DNA of 64,000 nt, from positions 248,001 through 312,000 of the forward strand of contig JAANOX010000017.1 in the NCBI GenBank assembly GCA_020184695.1, in the 5' to 3' direction. The notes under the pieces are model-generated. The model saw only the letters and a program-made list of their open reading frames with translations. It ran no database searches and was not told the origin of the DNA. The stretch comes from Histomonas meleagridis 2922-C6/04-290x. Lineage: Eukaryota; Protista; Parabasalia. The translations under genes and the position numbers were made by a program. Below, piece by piece: positions 22,867 through 35,000 of this stretch (position 1 is its first letter; every line of letters starts with the position of its first letter).

Positions 22867-23823
22867 AATATATGAATTATGCGTGTTTAATAATAAATTT
22901 ATATGTTGATAAAATATCTTTTATAAATTTTTTTTCGTAATGTTTATTTATCTTTTTCAATTTAATGACTTCGTGTTTTGTTGGATAATGCGGGTTTCTA
23001 AAATTTTATACTGATTAAAATGAAAATCAAAAAACAAAGTTCAAAATCCATATATGAAAGCTATTTATAAAAAACTTGGTATAATTTAATAAATAATTAA
23101 TTAAAAAAAATTATAAGCAAAGCTAATAATTTATTATTTTTTGGATTTAAATTTTGCCTTCGGCATATAAAATTTAATTATCTGTTATATTTTATCAAAA
23201 ATCTTAATATTTCAATAAATAAAAAGTACACTATTAAGTAGAAATATTGCTTATTTTTAATCGTAAGTATTACATTCAACCACCAAGACTTCTTTGTAAA
23301 AAATCACCGGGAGACCGTTTACATTACACCCTTAAAGAAAGTAGGAAGAGATAAGACAAAAATTTAAAGAAGAGAAAAAAAGAAAAAAAATTGAGAAAAA
23401 AATAAATCATATCTATAGGAGCTCGCCGGTTGACATGATTTAGGGAAAAAATGGCCAGCGCGAAGGAGAGAAAGGAAAAAGTGCACAAGTAAATCATTAG
23501 ACCCGCTTTTTCTAATAATAAAGTTTTCAATATTGAATGACGATACACGTAAGGAATAAACATCAGAAAAATAACCGAAAATTTCTGGGAAAAACTGAAA
23601 GCCGCTCCGATAGATGAAATTGAATGGTTTTTTGAGATGAAATTACGGTTAAATTGTCAACCATCTGTTTTGTTCTTGGATTATAATAATATTGTTTCAT
23701 ATTTTTAATTATATCTATCTGTTTGATAATTATTGATTTTTTTTTAGATGTGAACATTTTTGATAAAATGATTCCAACTCGATCTGACTTGCACTTTCTC
23801 CTATGATAAATTTCCTGTTTCAG

Positions 23824-23872
23824 ATTTGGAAATTATTTAAAACAGCACTTATTGTCGCATCATCTGAAAATA
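23824..23872 (+). pseudogene. Isolated relic of one ankyrin-array junction (3' end of intervening sequence plus TALI..SEN exon start)
   Basis: atttggaaattatttaaaacagcacttattgtcgcatcatctgaaaat matches the junction ...ggaaattattt...aaaacagcacttatt..gcatctgaaaat of the two arrays. Confidence 0.5.
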
Positions 23873-24233
23873 TTCATCTCGATTTAAGTCTTGTCTAGAT
23901 AAGATTTTTTGTATATCGAAAGACATACTTAAAAAAAACCTTAAAAAGGTGCTTTCTTTGATAAAAAATAAGTTTATTTTATTAAAGTTTTCAGTCAAAA
24001 AAATTCTAAGCTGCCTTGAAATCAAATTATATATATATATATTGCGCTATATCTTAAGACAAACTCTTTTTGTTTGCAAATATATATTTTTAATCATTAT
24101 TTAAAAATGATTATATCTTGAACAAAAATATAATTTGAAACAAATATGTAAATTTTCATCTTCTTTCTTTTCATTTTTTTTTTCCAAACAAATACAAAAT
24201 TATATTGTCATCAAATCAAAGGAAAAATAAATA

Positions 24234-24615
24234 ATGAATATATTTTCATATTATTTTCTTTTTTCTCATTTACTAATAATTTTAGATAAAAATATTTCAT
24301 CATTAACAATTTATAATGCAAGTAAGTTTACACAACAATACAAAAGGCAAACAAAGAATATAGTCATTTCAGATGGAATAACTATAATTCCAAATCAAGC
24401 TTTTCGTGAATGAAAATCATTGCTTACTGTTGTAATTGATAAGTTACTTCTTTTGGAGAAAGATATTTGATTCATGTATTAAACTTAATATTTTATTTGG
24501 GGATGGGATAAAAATATTGGGACATGTGCATTTGCGGATTGTATTGGATTTTTAAATTTAACAATTAAATGTCCCCTTACAACTGTTGAGTGTGGTGCAT
24601 TTATGAAGCGTCTGT
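24234..24615 (+). pseudogene. BspA-like (TpLRR) surface-protein gene fragment
   Basis: Hydrophobic N-terminus MNIFSYYFLFSHLLIIL, then IVISDGITIIPNQAFRE*KSL and, in other frames, VTSFGE..FDSC, GIKNIGTCAFADC and TTVECGAF. One stop and several frameshifts. Confidence 0.65.
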
Positions 24616-25446
24616 AAAAATAATTTTTTTTTTAATTTAACATCAGAATTATTTTATTGAATGTTTTAATTAAATATGATTAGTCTCAATTAAGTTACTT
24701 GTGAAAAGATTAATAATAAGATGTATAATAAGTTGCTTATAATATATCAATGAAACTTTCCTAATAGTATTAGGCACTATCTTACTAATGAATTAACAAA
24801 AACGCATCAAAAAATTTAGCCTATATATGATAAACATATGTTATATTTATTTGTTTTTTATGTAGTCTATAATTGTGTTGCTATTTCATCATTGGATAAA
24901 TTTGAAACATACGTGTTTGAACTATGATATACTAAAATTTCGAAAAATGAGAGAGCAATGTTTAACAGAGATTCCGTCAAAAAAATTTCACGATGAAAAA
25001 TTATCGAAACTTCACATTAGATGATTCATGTTTTTCTTCTATATTTTCCTTATACAAAGAAACCAAAAAATATAGGAATTGCTAAAGGCAAAACAATGCT
25101 ATTCATAAAAATCCTTAAACCCAACCCATCAAAAAATTCAAAACAATTACGAATGGAGTTTTCCTTCAATATTGAATTTTAAAGCAATCACCTCATTATT
25201 GATAAAAATAATATCACAAATATATAAAACATAAATTTTTCATTCTCAATTCAATTTAATTTTTCAAAAATAAATTAATAAAATAAAATAAATTTCGTAT
25301 TTGAATCACATTTCTTTATACAAATGCACTATATTACGGTAAATAAGAGCACAAAAATATTCCAAAGCCCAAAAATGTAATTTGGAAACAAAAATAAAAA
25401 GTGACACCCATATCCAATCAAAATTTGAAGCATAAACTATTTAATA

Positions 25447-25493
25447 ATTCAATGTAAACGACCGTTATGTTTCAAAATTACGGTTTTTTATTT
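25447..25493 (+). promoter_or_regulatory. 47-bp element upstream of the ankyrin gene (copy 2), containing paired ACCGTT/ACGGTT Myb/M3-like sites
   Basis: Lies 31-77 nt upstream of ATG 25524. TACGGTTT fits the trichomonad M3 core-promoter consensus. 43/47 identical to 15072-15118. Confidence 0.55.
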
Positions 25494-25523
25494 AGTAGGA
25501 TAAGTGACAACAAAGTTTGAGCA

Positions 25524-28500
25524 ATGATAATTGGTTCAAACCAAGGAGATATTAGGGTTAAGGAATACATGAACTTAATGTTATCATTAGAGAAAATTAT
25601 TTTTAATTTAAGTGATGATAATATTGATTCATCAGTTCAAGAAATTATGAATTTATTTAATGGAAATAATATAATATCTTTTTGCTATATTGTATGTAGA
25701 ACTATTTTTTTCTTTTATTATTCCAGAAGTCAAGTCAATGTAGTGTCAAAGACATTAAATGAAATCGCAAAAAAATTAAGAAACCAAAAAGAAAATATTA
25801 ATGAAATTTTTATACACATATTGCTCACATTCTTTGCTAATAAAGGACTATATTCCATATTAGCTAATTTGTTTGAACATAAGATAATTTCTTCTAAAAT
25901 TGTTAAAAGTTTGAAATCATTATATTTTATTCATATTAGTAAAGAAAAATCAAATTTTAAATATGTTAAACCTAGAAAAGATCGACTTATTGAAAGTCAA
26001 TACATAGAATTATTTTGGGAACAAATCAAAGATAACTATGAAGAACTTTCAAAGAATGATTGGGAACTTCATAAACAGCTAATTAAAGAAGGAGTTAATC
26101 CGAATAAAATTGCTAAAATAATTCGAAATGATGAAATCGAAAAACTTCAAGAAATATCATCACAAACAAAATTTGATTTTAATCAATACATTGAACCATC
26201 ACTTTATGAAAGATGTGATTTTATAAATCAAGAAAATGTTACATTAATTGATTATGCAGCATTTTTTTCTTCTATTAATTGTTTTAAATTTTTACTTATG
26301 AATGGTGCAAAAGTAGAAAATACAGGTCAATATGCAGTTGCAGGTGGAAATGAAGAAATCATTCATTTGTGTGAACAAAATCATTCATCATTTGAAGGTG
26401 CATATGAAACAGCAATTGGATTTCATCGAAATAATATCTTTAAATATCTGTACGAAAATAAAATTGTTGAAATTCAGAATTTAAGTAATTTAGGTCAATT
26501 GTGTATTACATGTAGTAATTTCGAACTGTTTTTGTTTTTAACAAAAGAAGGAATGGAAATTAATTCTTCTATTCTTTGTGAAGTACCATTTACTGGAAAC
26601 TTATTTCTTTTAAAGTATTTCACAAAAGGAAATCAGGTTTCAAAATTTCTTCTCAAAGCTTCAATATCAGGAAATTTAGAACTTGTTAAATATGTCATTG
26701 AACAAAAAGAAATTGATATTAATACTAAAGATATTTCATTTTTTTATTTATCATTTATTTTAATGATTTCAGATTTAAAAATAATATTTGGAAATTATTT
26801 AAATTATTTTATACAGCACTTATATATGCATCTATATTTGGTCATACAGATGTAGTTAAATTCCTTCTTGAACAAAAGGGAATTGATATTAATTCTAAAA
26901 CCAATTTTTATTTTGATGATTTGAAATATCAAAATAATATTTGAAATTCATTTCAATGATTTCAAACAGCATTTATATGTGCATCTGCAAATGGTTATAT
27001 AGAAATAGTTAAATTACTTCTTTCACAAAAAGGAATTGATATTAATGCTAAAGATATTTATAAGTTTCACTTAAAATTTATTTTGATGATTTTATATTTC
27101 AAAATAATGTTTGGAATTTATTCAAATTTTGTTATTCACCACTTATGTATGCTTCTGAAAATGGTCATACAAAAATAGTTAAAATACTTCTTGAACAAAA
27201 AGGAATCGATATTAATTTTAAAGATATTTATTTATATTGTTTGAAATTCGTTTTATTAATACAGAATTTCAAAATAATATTAGGAAATTATTCAAGTTAT
27301 TTTGGTCCATACTTATTACAACATGTTATTATGGTCATACAAAAATAGTTAAATTACTTCTTGCACAAAAAGAAATTAAATTCAATGATAAAGGTATTTA
27401 TATATAAGATTTTTAATTTATTTTGATAATTCCAAATATCAAAATAATATTTGGAATTCGTTTCAAAAATTTGAGACAGCACTAATGACTGCATCATTCA
27501 GTGGCAATTATGAAATTGTTAAATTACTTCTTGAGGTAGAAGGAATTGATGTAAATGCTAAAGATATTTATCGGCTTTGTTTAATATTTGTTTTAATATT
27601 TTCAAGCATCAAAACAATATTTGGAATTTCTTTAAAATATTTAATGATTCACTTATTTTAGCATCTTTTAGTGGTAATAAAGAATTGGTTAAATTACTTC
27701 TTAAACAAAAAGGAATTGATATTAATAATAAAGCTATTTACACCTTTTGTTTAGTATTTGTGATGATATTTTGATATTTATTTAAATAATTTGGAGATTA
27801 TTTAAATTATTTTATACGGCACTAATGATTGCATCTAAAATTGGTTATACAGAAATAGTTAAATTACTTCTTGAACAAGAAGGAATTGATATTAATGCTA
27901 AAGATATTTATTTGTTTTATTTAATATTTATTTTAATAATTTTATATTTCCAAATAATATTTGGAAATTATTTAAAATATTATGGACATCACTTATGTGG
28001 GCATCTAAAAAAGGTCATACAGAAATAGTTAGATTACTTCTTGAAAAAGAAGGAATTGATATTAATGCTAAAGATATTTATTTAACTTATCTGATATTTA
28101 TTTTAATAATTTTCACAAATTTCAAAATAAATTTTGAAATTCATTTAGATGATTTGAGACAGCACTTATGTATGCATCTACAGAAGGTCATACAAATATA
28201 GTAGCATTACTTATTAATCAAAAAGGAATTGATTTTAATACTAAAGGTATTTATTTGTCTTATTTAAATTCTATTTTAATAATTGCTGATTTCACGATAA
28301 TGTTTGGGAATTATTTATAATTTTTGAAACAGCTCTTATTTGGGCATCTTTGAAAGGTTATACAGAAATCGTTCAACTACTTCTTGAACAAAAAGGAATT
28401 GATATTAATGCTAAAGATATTTATTTGTTTTATTTAATATTTATTTTGATAATTTGATGTTTCAAAATAATATTTGGAAATTATTTAAATTATTTAGAAC

Positions 28501-28776
28501 AGCACTTATGTGGGCATCTAAAAAAGGTCATACAGAAATCGTTAAATTACTTCTTGAACAAGAAGGAATTGATATTAATGCTAAAAATATTTATTTGTTT
28601 TATTTGAAATTTATTATATTAATTTGATATTTTAAAAGAATATTTGGAAATCATTTTTAATATTTGAAACAGCACTTATGATTGCATCTAAAAATGATTA
28701 CTTAGAAATAGTTGAATTACTTCGTAATAAAGATGCTAATAAAATTTCGATTTCGAATAGTTTAGGGAAGCAATGA
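25524..28776 (+). CDS. DUF3447 + ankyrin-repeat protein whose repeats are separated by 12 non-coding intervening sequences
   Basis: DUF3447-type N-terminus (TLIDYAAFFSSINCFKFLL; YAVAGGNEEIIHLCEQ; TAIGFHRNNIFKYL). Then 90-nt ankyrin modules TALMxAS..GxTEIVKLLLEQxGIDINAKD at a 170-nt period, ending in TGA at 28774-76. It is contiguous as a protein only if the inserts are removed. Confidence 0.7.
26733..28668 (+). repeat. Array of 12 related AT-rich intervening sequences (80,63,80,80,80,80,80,80,83,80,80,80 nt)
   Basis: Inserts at 26733-26812, 26903-26965, 27056-27135, 27226-27305, 27396-27475, 27566-27645, 27736-27815, 27906-27985, 28076-28158, 28249-28328, 28419-28498 and 28589-28668, each measured from after the D-position codon to before the T-position codon. 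Confidence 0.9.
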
Positions 28777-29564
28777 AAGAAAATAGAAAACATTAAATAT
28801 TTAATGCGTCTACTTGTGGACGGGACAAAAAATTTGTGCCCTGGGCAGATTTAAACTAAACAAAACCAAATACAAAATTTGTTTATTAAAAATTTAAAAT
28901 TCGAAATAAATAACTTAGGGGAATCAAAAAAATCGATTTTATATGTGACTGAATTTTTTGATTGAGTTTTTTATTTGGACGGTATTACTTTATGCATAAA
29001 GTTAATTAAAATAAGATATACAATCCATTAAAACTATCAAAACATGAAAAAAAAAAATCAAATTTATTTTTGTGGCTATATTCGAAATAAGTTTAACAGA
29101 ACTAATACTTCCATTATAAATTAAGGATGTTTGATTACAATCTTCTTTTGATGGATTAAATTCATAAAGATAATTTATTAATGAGGCGATATCAAAAACT
29201 ACAGAATTCATAAAGATATAATCTTTGAAATGCCTTGAGCTATTTCTGACAATTATTTCTTTTAGAATTTTATAGTGAAGATATTATTATTAGAATTTTC
29301 AACAATTGTTTTTACTGCATAGGAAATACGTTAATAGTGTCTTTAGCATTTAACAACTTTTGATTTGGTAAAACTTGTTGAAAAGTTAAAATATTAAAAA
29401 TTTCGTGAATTTGTCTCTGGCCGTTACAATATTATTTCGAAATCCAGTTTTATATAAAGTATTTAAATAGATTTTTAACGTCTGACTCTGATTCTTTTGC
29501 TTCACTTTTTCCCAATGTGATGTGAAGTTATATTTGAAATAACAAGCAAAAAGTGCCAATTGTA

Positions 29565-30686
29565 ATGGCACACCTACAATTCCCCTCTTGCGAAATCTCA
29601 ACCAGTTTCGAGTGTTATGAAAACCCAAATGGTGAGTTAGTTGTACCTACAAACTTTATCATCGAAAGTCCAAGTGGTACAAAGTATCAAATACTTAAAA
29701 AACTAGGAAGCGGTCAATTTGGTCATGTATACCATGCCGTTGATGTTACAGATCCAAGCAATAATTCACCACAATCAGTAGCCATCAAAATCACAAAATC
29801 CCAATACAGATATCGACAACAAGCTCAAAGCGAAATTCAAATGCTTCAAAAGATCATGGACAGCACCACCCCTGAAGAGCAGTGCTGTATTTCACGTTTA
29901 TTTGACTGGTTTAATTACAACGATCATATTTGCATCGTCATGGAATTACTTTCACTTAATCTCTACTCAGTGTTAGAATGGCGCAAATTCCATGGTCTTC
30001 AACTTCCGCTTATCCAAAGTGTTGCGCGTAATCTTCTTACCATTCTATCAGCGCTTAAACGTTGTGAGATTATTCATTGCGACATCAAACCCGAGAATGT
30101 TGTTTTAGCTGATGGCTTTTCCACTAATGTCAAGCTTATTGACTATGGGAGTTCAATCTTCACATCACATACGAATCGATTTTATATCCAGTCTCGATAT
30201 TATCGGGCACCCGAAGTAATCCTCGAGCTTAACTATTCGCATCCGATTGATATGTGGTCATATGGATGTCTTCTATTCGAACTTTTCACCGGGATTCCGC
30301 TTTTCCCAGGACAAGACGAGTATCAAATGCTTGTCTTCTTCATTCAGTTTCGCGGCGCGTTCCCCGACGAAATGATGCGCGCGACGAATCGCCGCGACGA
30401 GTTCTTTCTTCAAGACGGAACGCTGAAGTGTCCCGAACAATACTATGCGGAGAAAGGAATAAACCCGAACCCGATTCCGAAGATATTCCAATTGGATAAC
30501 ATCACAGAAATCGTTTTGAATTACGAAAGCGGAATAGGGGATACAGCAGAAGAAAGGAAAATAGAAAGAGACAGAAGAATAATGTTCATAGATTTCATCG
30601 AAAAATTACTGGCGTTGGACCCAAGAGAAAGAATGGAAACGGACGCGGCGGCAAATCACCCGTTCATTACCACGGATTTCTCTTAG
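29565..30686 (+). CDS. CMGC protein kinase, DYRK family (Yak1/HIPK-like)
   Basis: LGSGQFGHVY, VAIKI, IIHCDIKPENV, KLIDYGSS, YIQSRYYRAPEVIL, DMWSYGCLLFELFTGIPLFPG. First ATG is at 29565 (the ORF track uses GTG 29553). Confidence 0.92.
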   Translation: MAHLQFPSCEISTSFECYENPNGELVVPTNFIIESPSGTKYQILKKLGSGQFGHVYHAVDVTDPSNNSPQSVAIKITKSQYRYRQQAQSEIQMLQKIMDSTTPEEQCCISRLFDWFNYNDHICIVMELLSLNLYSVLEWRKFHGLQLPLIQSVARNLLTILSALKRCEIIHCDIKPENVVLADGFSTNVKLIDYGSSIFTSHTNRFYIQSRYYRAPEVILELNYSHPIDMWSYGCLLFELFTGIPLFPGQDEYQMLVFFIQFRGAFPDEMMRATNRRDEFFLQDGTLKCPEQYYAEKGINPNPIPKIFQLDNITEIVLNYESGIGDTAEERKIERDRRIMFIDFIEKLLALDPRERMETDAAANHPFITTDFS

Positions 30687-31014
30687 CGGTCTTTTTGTGT
30701 TATTTGTTTTCTGTTAATAAATACTTCTGTTTTATCTCGAAATGAATTTGTTTTACTTCATTATATTTTGGTTTGTGATTTGTTTCTGTGTGTTTTGAGG
30801 TAATTGTTGAGAATTATTTGGAATAAAATGAAGAAAATATAATATGAATATGTAAAATTTTTTATGTAGAAAGTAAAATATTATTTGTATAAGCTAGGAG
30901 AAGTATTTGTAAGGATGTTACGGGTGAATTATTGAAGAGATTTAGGAACAAGGCTGATTAGATTTTAAGGAAACGTTTTGAGGATTTGTAAACATTTCAA
31001 AATTCTGACTATAA

Positions 31015-31845
31015 ATGTCTGAAGAGGAGCCAACGAACGACGAGCACTTAAGCAAAATTCAACCTGCTTTTTTCGATCAGCTAAGCAAATCAGATCAAGA
31101 TTTATATAATAAACTTCGTATTGAGCTTACAACTTCAAATACAAAATTTAAAAGATATCAACGTATTAAATCACTTCAAGATGCATTAGCAATGATAAGA
31201 AAATATTGCATGAGAGGTGATTCTGGTGATGGAAATCGTTGTCTTGTATGTGGTGTGTGTTGGATGGGTTGGGATATTGCTATCAACACACGTCAATTAC
31301 GTTTACTAATTAATAAATGCAAATCGTCCATCAACGGGGCGCTTGCTAAAATGGGATATTGCAGTGCACCTATAAAAGGTGATGCATCTGCACCTTTACT
31401 TGAAGCAATTCCATTTCTTAAGAGCAATTTTGCAGAGCAACGAATGTGGTCCGTACGTAGGAGGGTTGTATCCTCCCCAGTTCCCATGTTAAGTCCCGGA
31501 TTCATGCCAACATATATTACACATCAAATGTTTCAACCTAATTTATTCGTTTCACCACAGCCATTTTTAATGACTAGTCAATACACAATACCACAGAAAC
31601 CATTAAAATCGGAAATTTCTGCTGTTTTCGGAGTAAATGAAACATCGCCACCAGAATATCAGCCTAAAGACCAAAACAAAAATGACAATGGGCATACACT
31701 CGAAATTGACATGTCTGGCTGTCCAGCAGAATCTGAATGTACCTTCGACGATGAAGTCGATTTGTTTGATGATCCATGCTGCTGCTGTCCTCTTTCATGG
31801 GCAAATGAAGATGAAGCTGAGGAGGCAAATGTCATTTCTTTTTAA
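31015..31845 (+). CDS. Initiator-binding-domain (IBD, IBP39 family) transcription factor
   Basis: IRKYCMRGDSGDGNRCLVCGVCW..IAINTRQLRLLINKCKSSINGALAKMGY is the trichomonad IBD signature. Acidic C-terminus. Confidence 0.88.
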   Translation: MSEEEPTNDEHLSKIQPAFFDQLSKSDQDLYNKLRIELTTSNTKFKRYQRIKSLQDALAMIRKYCMRGDSGDGNRCLVCGVCWMGWDIAINTRQLRLLINKCKSSINGALAKMGYCSAPIKGDASAPLLEAIPFLKSNFAEQRMWSVRRRVVSSPVPMLSPGFMPTYITHQMFQPNLFVSPQPFLMTSQYTIPQKPLKSEISAVFGVNETSPPEYQPKDQNKNDNGHTLEIDMSGCPAESECTFDDEVDLFDDPCCCCPLSWANEDEAEEANVISF

Positions 31846-32041
31846 TTAACAAGCGCTTGTTTAAACGACGACATTGCTAAGTATGATATTTTTGATTAAA
31901 TGAAGTGTGGGGGTTTTTGCTGAAGGTCTGAATCTTCCGAAGTATTGTAACACTAAGTTTCCTGTAATGTTGTATTGTATTATAAAAACCAAAATATGAT
32001 TTCATTTGTAAACTATTGAAAATTGGACGTTAAAAAGTAAA

Positions 32042-35000
32042 ATGAACTTATCCAATGCAGTCGAGATATCAGGAATTTATAAAAATTTAAAAAAACTAAA
32101 TAGGAAAATCGAGCTGCGGAGGAAGTGGTTTCTTTTTGCATCTACTAAGTTAAGAAATAATACTAAATATATTATCCAAAAATGTGTGACTTTAAGTAAA
32201 TCTTTGGATGATTTTAAGCAAAAAACAGAGGAAACATATTTTCTCAAATGGAAAAAGAAGTTATTAATTTTAAAATGGAAAAAACTAGCAAATGCATTAG
32301 TTCAAAAGCGTAGAGTTTTATTATTCAAAAAAATTAAAGACACAATCCAACAGCTACGAAAACAAGAAGATCAAAGGAAGCAACACCAAATTTTAATTCA
32401 TAAAACAAAAGAAACCAAACTCAAATTATTATCACATAAATGTCAAAATCTTCAACAACACAAACTTATTAAAAACGCATTTTTAACTTGGAATAGTAGG
32501 TATAAAAAGAAACGTGGTATTCATTTAAAACGGTGGATTCGACTATCATCACATTATCAAAAATCTATACAACATAACAAGCTCATTAACGAACATCAGC
32601 AATTCGAATACAGGAAAAAATGGAATGACTTTGCTTCAAAATTAAGTAAAATCAAAAGATTACAAAATCAGATAAATATTTCAAATCATTTATATCAATG
32701 GAGAAACTTCACAAAACGACTTTTGAGTATTCATAAATTCCAATCGCTTTCTAATTTTTCGAATTATTTAAAGATATGGAACAGTTTTATTCATAAACTA
32801 ATTCATATTAATCAAATAAATGAATTATGTAAAGCGAAAAATCATCTAATTTATCGGAAGCAATGGATATCTTTCGTTCAACGAAAACGTTTTTGTGATT
32901 TATATGAAAAACAAAAGGCTTTAATTGTTGAGAAAAAATGGATTGAATTTGCTCGAAGATATTGTAATATTATACGTTTTAATCGATTAAAGCAATATAA
33001 TGAACAATTAATACAATGTCGAAAAGAGAAAGAAAAAGAATTTGAAACATTTTATAATGAATTTACTAAGAAAACTATACGTTCTGCATTTAAAGATGCA
33101 ATAAGTTGTTATTGGGAATCAGTACAAAATAGACAAAAAGAAGCAATTAAAAATTATCAATTATTTGTTGCTAAAAAATATTTCGTTTTATGGAAATCAA
33201 AATTAATTAAAAAAGTCGAAACTCCAAAAGTTTTAATCACAGAACTTCCAAAAATCAACTACAATTTATTATTAACTCCATTATTAAAATCATGTTCTTA
33301 TCTTAAATCATATGTATCTACACCATCAACTCCTCAAACTCCTGTAAAAATTGTTTATGAAAAAGAATTCGAATTTAGTTTCTTGAAGGACTTATTAAAT
33401 AATTCGATAATGAATTTGATTTCATTCAAAAAAGATAAAATTGAATTATATAATAATGATGAAGTTGATTTATTACAAAAAGGTTTCCAAATAAATATTG
33501 CTAAACCAAATAATAAAGTAATTTATAATTTTGAAAAATTAAACGATTTGCCAATGCAAAAAATACCAAAAGAATTTAATAAAATTTGTGATAATCTTAT
33601 AATTGAGAAACCAGTTATATTAAACATGCTTCCATATATAAGAAGAGTAGAAGAAATAGAAAATAATGAATATGAAATACAAGAATATGATAAACATTTA
33701 ATTATACCATTATATATGAAAGATTTAACATGTTTATATAATTTTGTAAGAAAAAAGAAAATAATAAAAGAAAAAATTGAAATTCCTGAAGAAATAACAG
33801 AAAAACTATTTAATGAATCAGATCTTAATCCAATTATTCCTTCATTATTTGAATTAGATGCGAAATATTTAGAATCATTTACGCCTCAAGAAAAGAAAGA
33901 AATAAAAATTACAAAAGAAGAGGAACAAGAAAAGGAAATTGAAATTCCTGAAGAAATAACAGAAAAACTATTAAATGAATTAAATGTTGAACAAATTATT
34001 CCTCATTTATTTGAATTAGATCCCAAATATTTAGAAACATTTAAACCAAAAGAAAAGAAAGAAATACAAATTACAGAAGAAGAGGAACAAGAAAAGGAAA
34101 TTGAAATACCAGATGAAATAACTGAAAAACTATTTAATGAATTAAATGTTGAACAAATTATTCCTCATTTATTTGAATTAGATATAACATATTTGGAATT
34201 ATTTACACCTAAAGAAAAGAAAGAAATTCAAATCGTAGAAGAAGAACATAAAGTTGAAATTCCAGACAAAATAACAGAAAAACTATTTAATGAATTAAAT
34301 GTTGAACAAATTATTCCAAATATTTTTGAATTAGATATTAAATGTTTAGAAACATTTAAACCAAAAGAAAAGAAAGAAATACAAATTACAGAAGAAGAGG
34401 AAATTGAAATTCCTGAAGAAATAGTAGAAAAACTATTTAATGAATCGAATCTTAATCCAATTATCCCTAATATATTTGAATTAGATATAAAATATTTAGA
34501 TACATTTAAACCAAAAGAAAAGAAAGAAATACAAATTACAGAAGAAGAGGAACAAGAAAAGGAAATTGAAATACCAAAAGGAATAATAGAAAAACTATTT
34601 AATGAATCGAATCTTAATCCAATTATTCCTTCGTTATTTGATTTAGGCACGAAATATCTAAAATCATTTAAAGTAAAAGAGACCACAATTCCTAAAAAAG
34701 CGGAGGAAATTGAAAATGAAACATACGAAATAATTAAATCACAATTGAATTTTGCTAATTATCCATACGTCAACAATATAACTTGTTCAAATTTAAATAA
34801 CTTGAACAGAAAACAAAAAATTAAATCACAAAAACCTGTTGTTGATTCCATTTTTATTGATGATGTTATAGGAAAAATCGATTTTAATCCAGAAAATAAT
34901 ATTCAAATTGAAACAGCAAATGAATATTTGTCCAATTTCACATCTAAAGATAAAACGCATTCAAGAATTAAACAAAAGCAAAAACATGGAAAAGAATTAT

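Noticed and set aside
24411-24413. TGA reassignment to Trp/Cys (TGA at an expected Cys in BspA and at TGG positions in inserts)
   Set aside because: Long conserved genes contain no in-frame TGA, and NOG2 and the ankyrin gene end in TGA. The examples are in decayed or non-coding sequence.
27947-27967. Conserved RNA hairpin TTTCCAAAT-AAT-ATTTGGAAA inside the inserts as a processing signal
   Set aside because: Perfect in only one copy. Others have 1-2 mismatches with no compensatory changes (e.g. TTTCAAAAT/ATTCAGAAA), so covariation support is lacking.
26733-28668. Programmed -1 ribosomal frameshifting as the way through the 80-nt inserts
   Set aside because: Stop positions are incompatible with a common shift site. 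27396-27475 has upstream-frame stops at codon 4, 28076-28158 has downstream-frame stops two codons before the exon, and 27736-27815 is blocked in both frames.
26730-28672. AT-AC (U12-type) or AAAG|..ACAG| intron boundaries for the inserts
   Set aside because: The AT..AC pair gives the wrong frame. Ending at ACAG deletes the conserved D-x-x-x-T of the ankyrin repeat, and that AG is absent in several copies. The first dinucleotide varies (AT, GT, CT).
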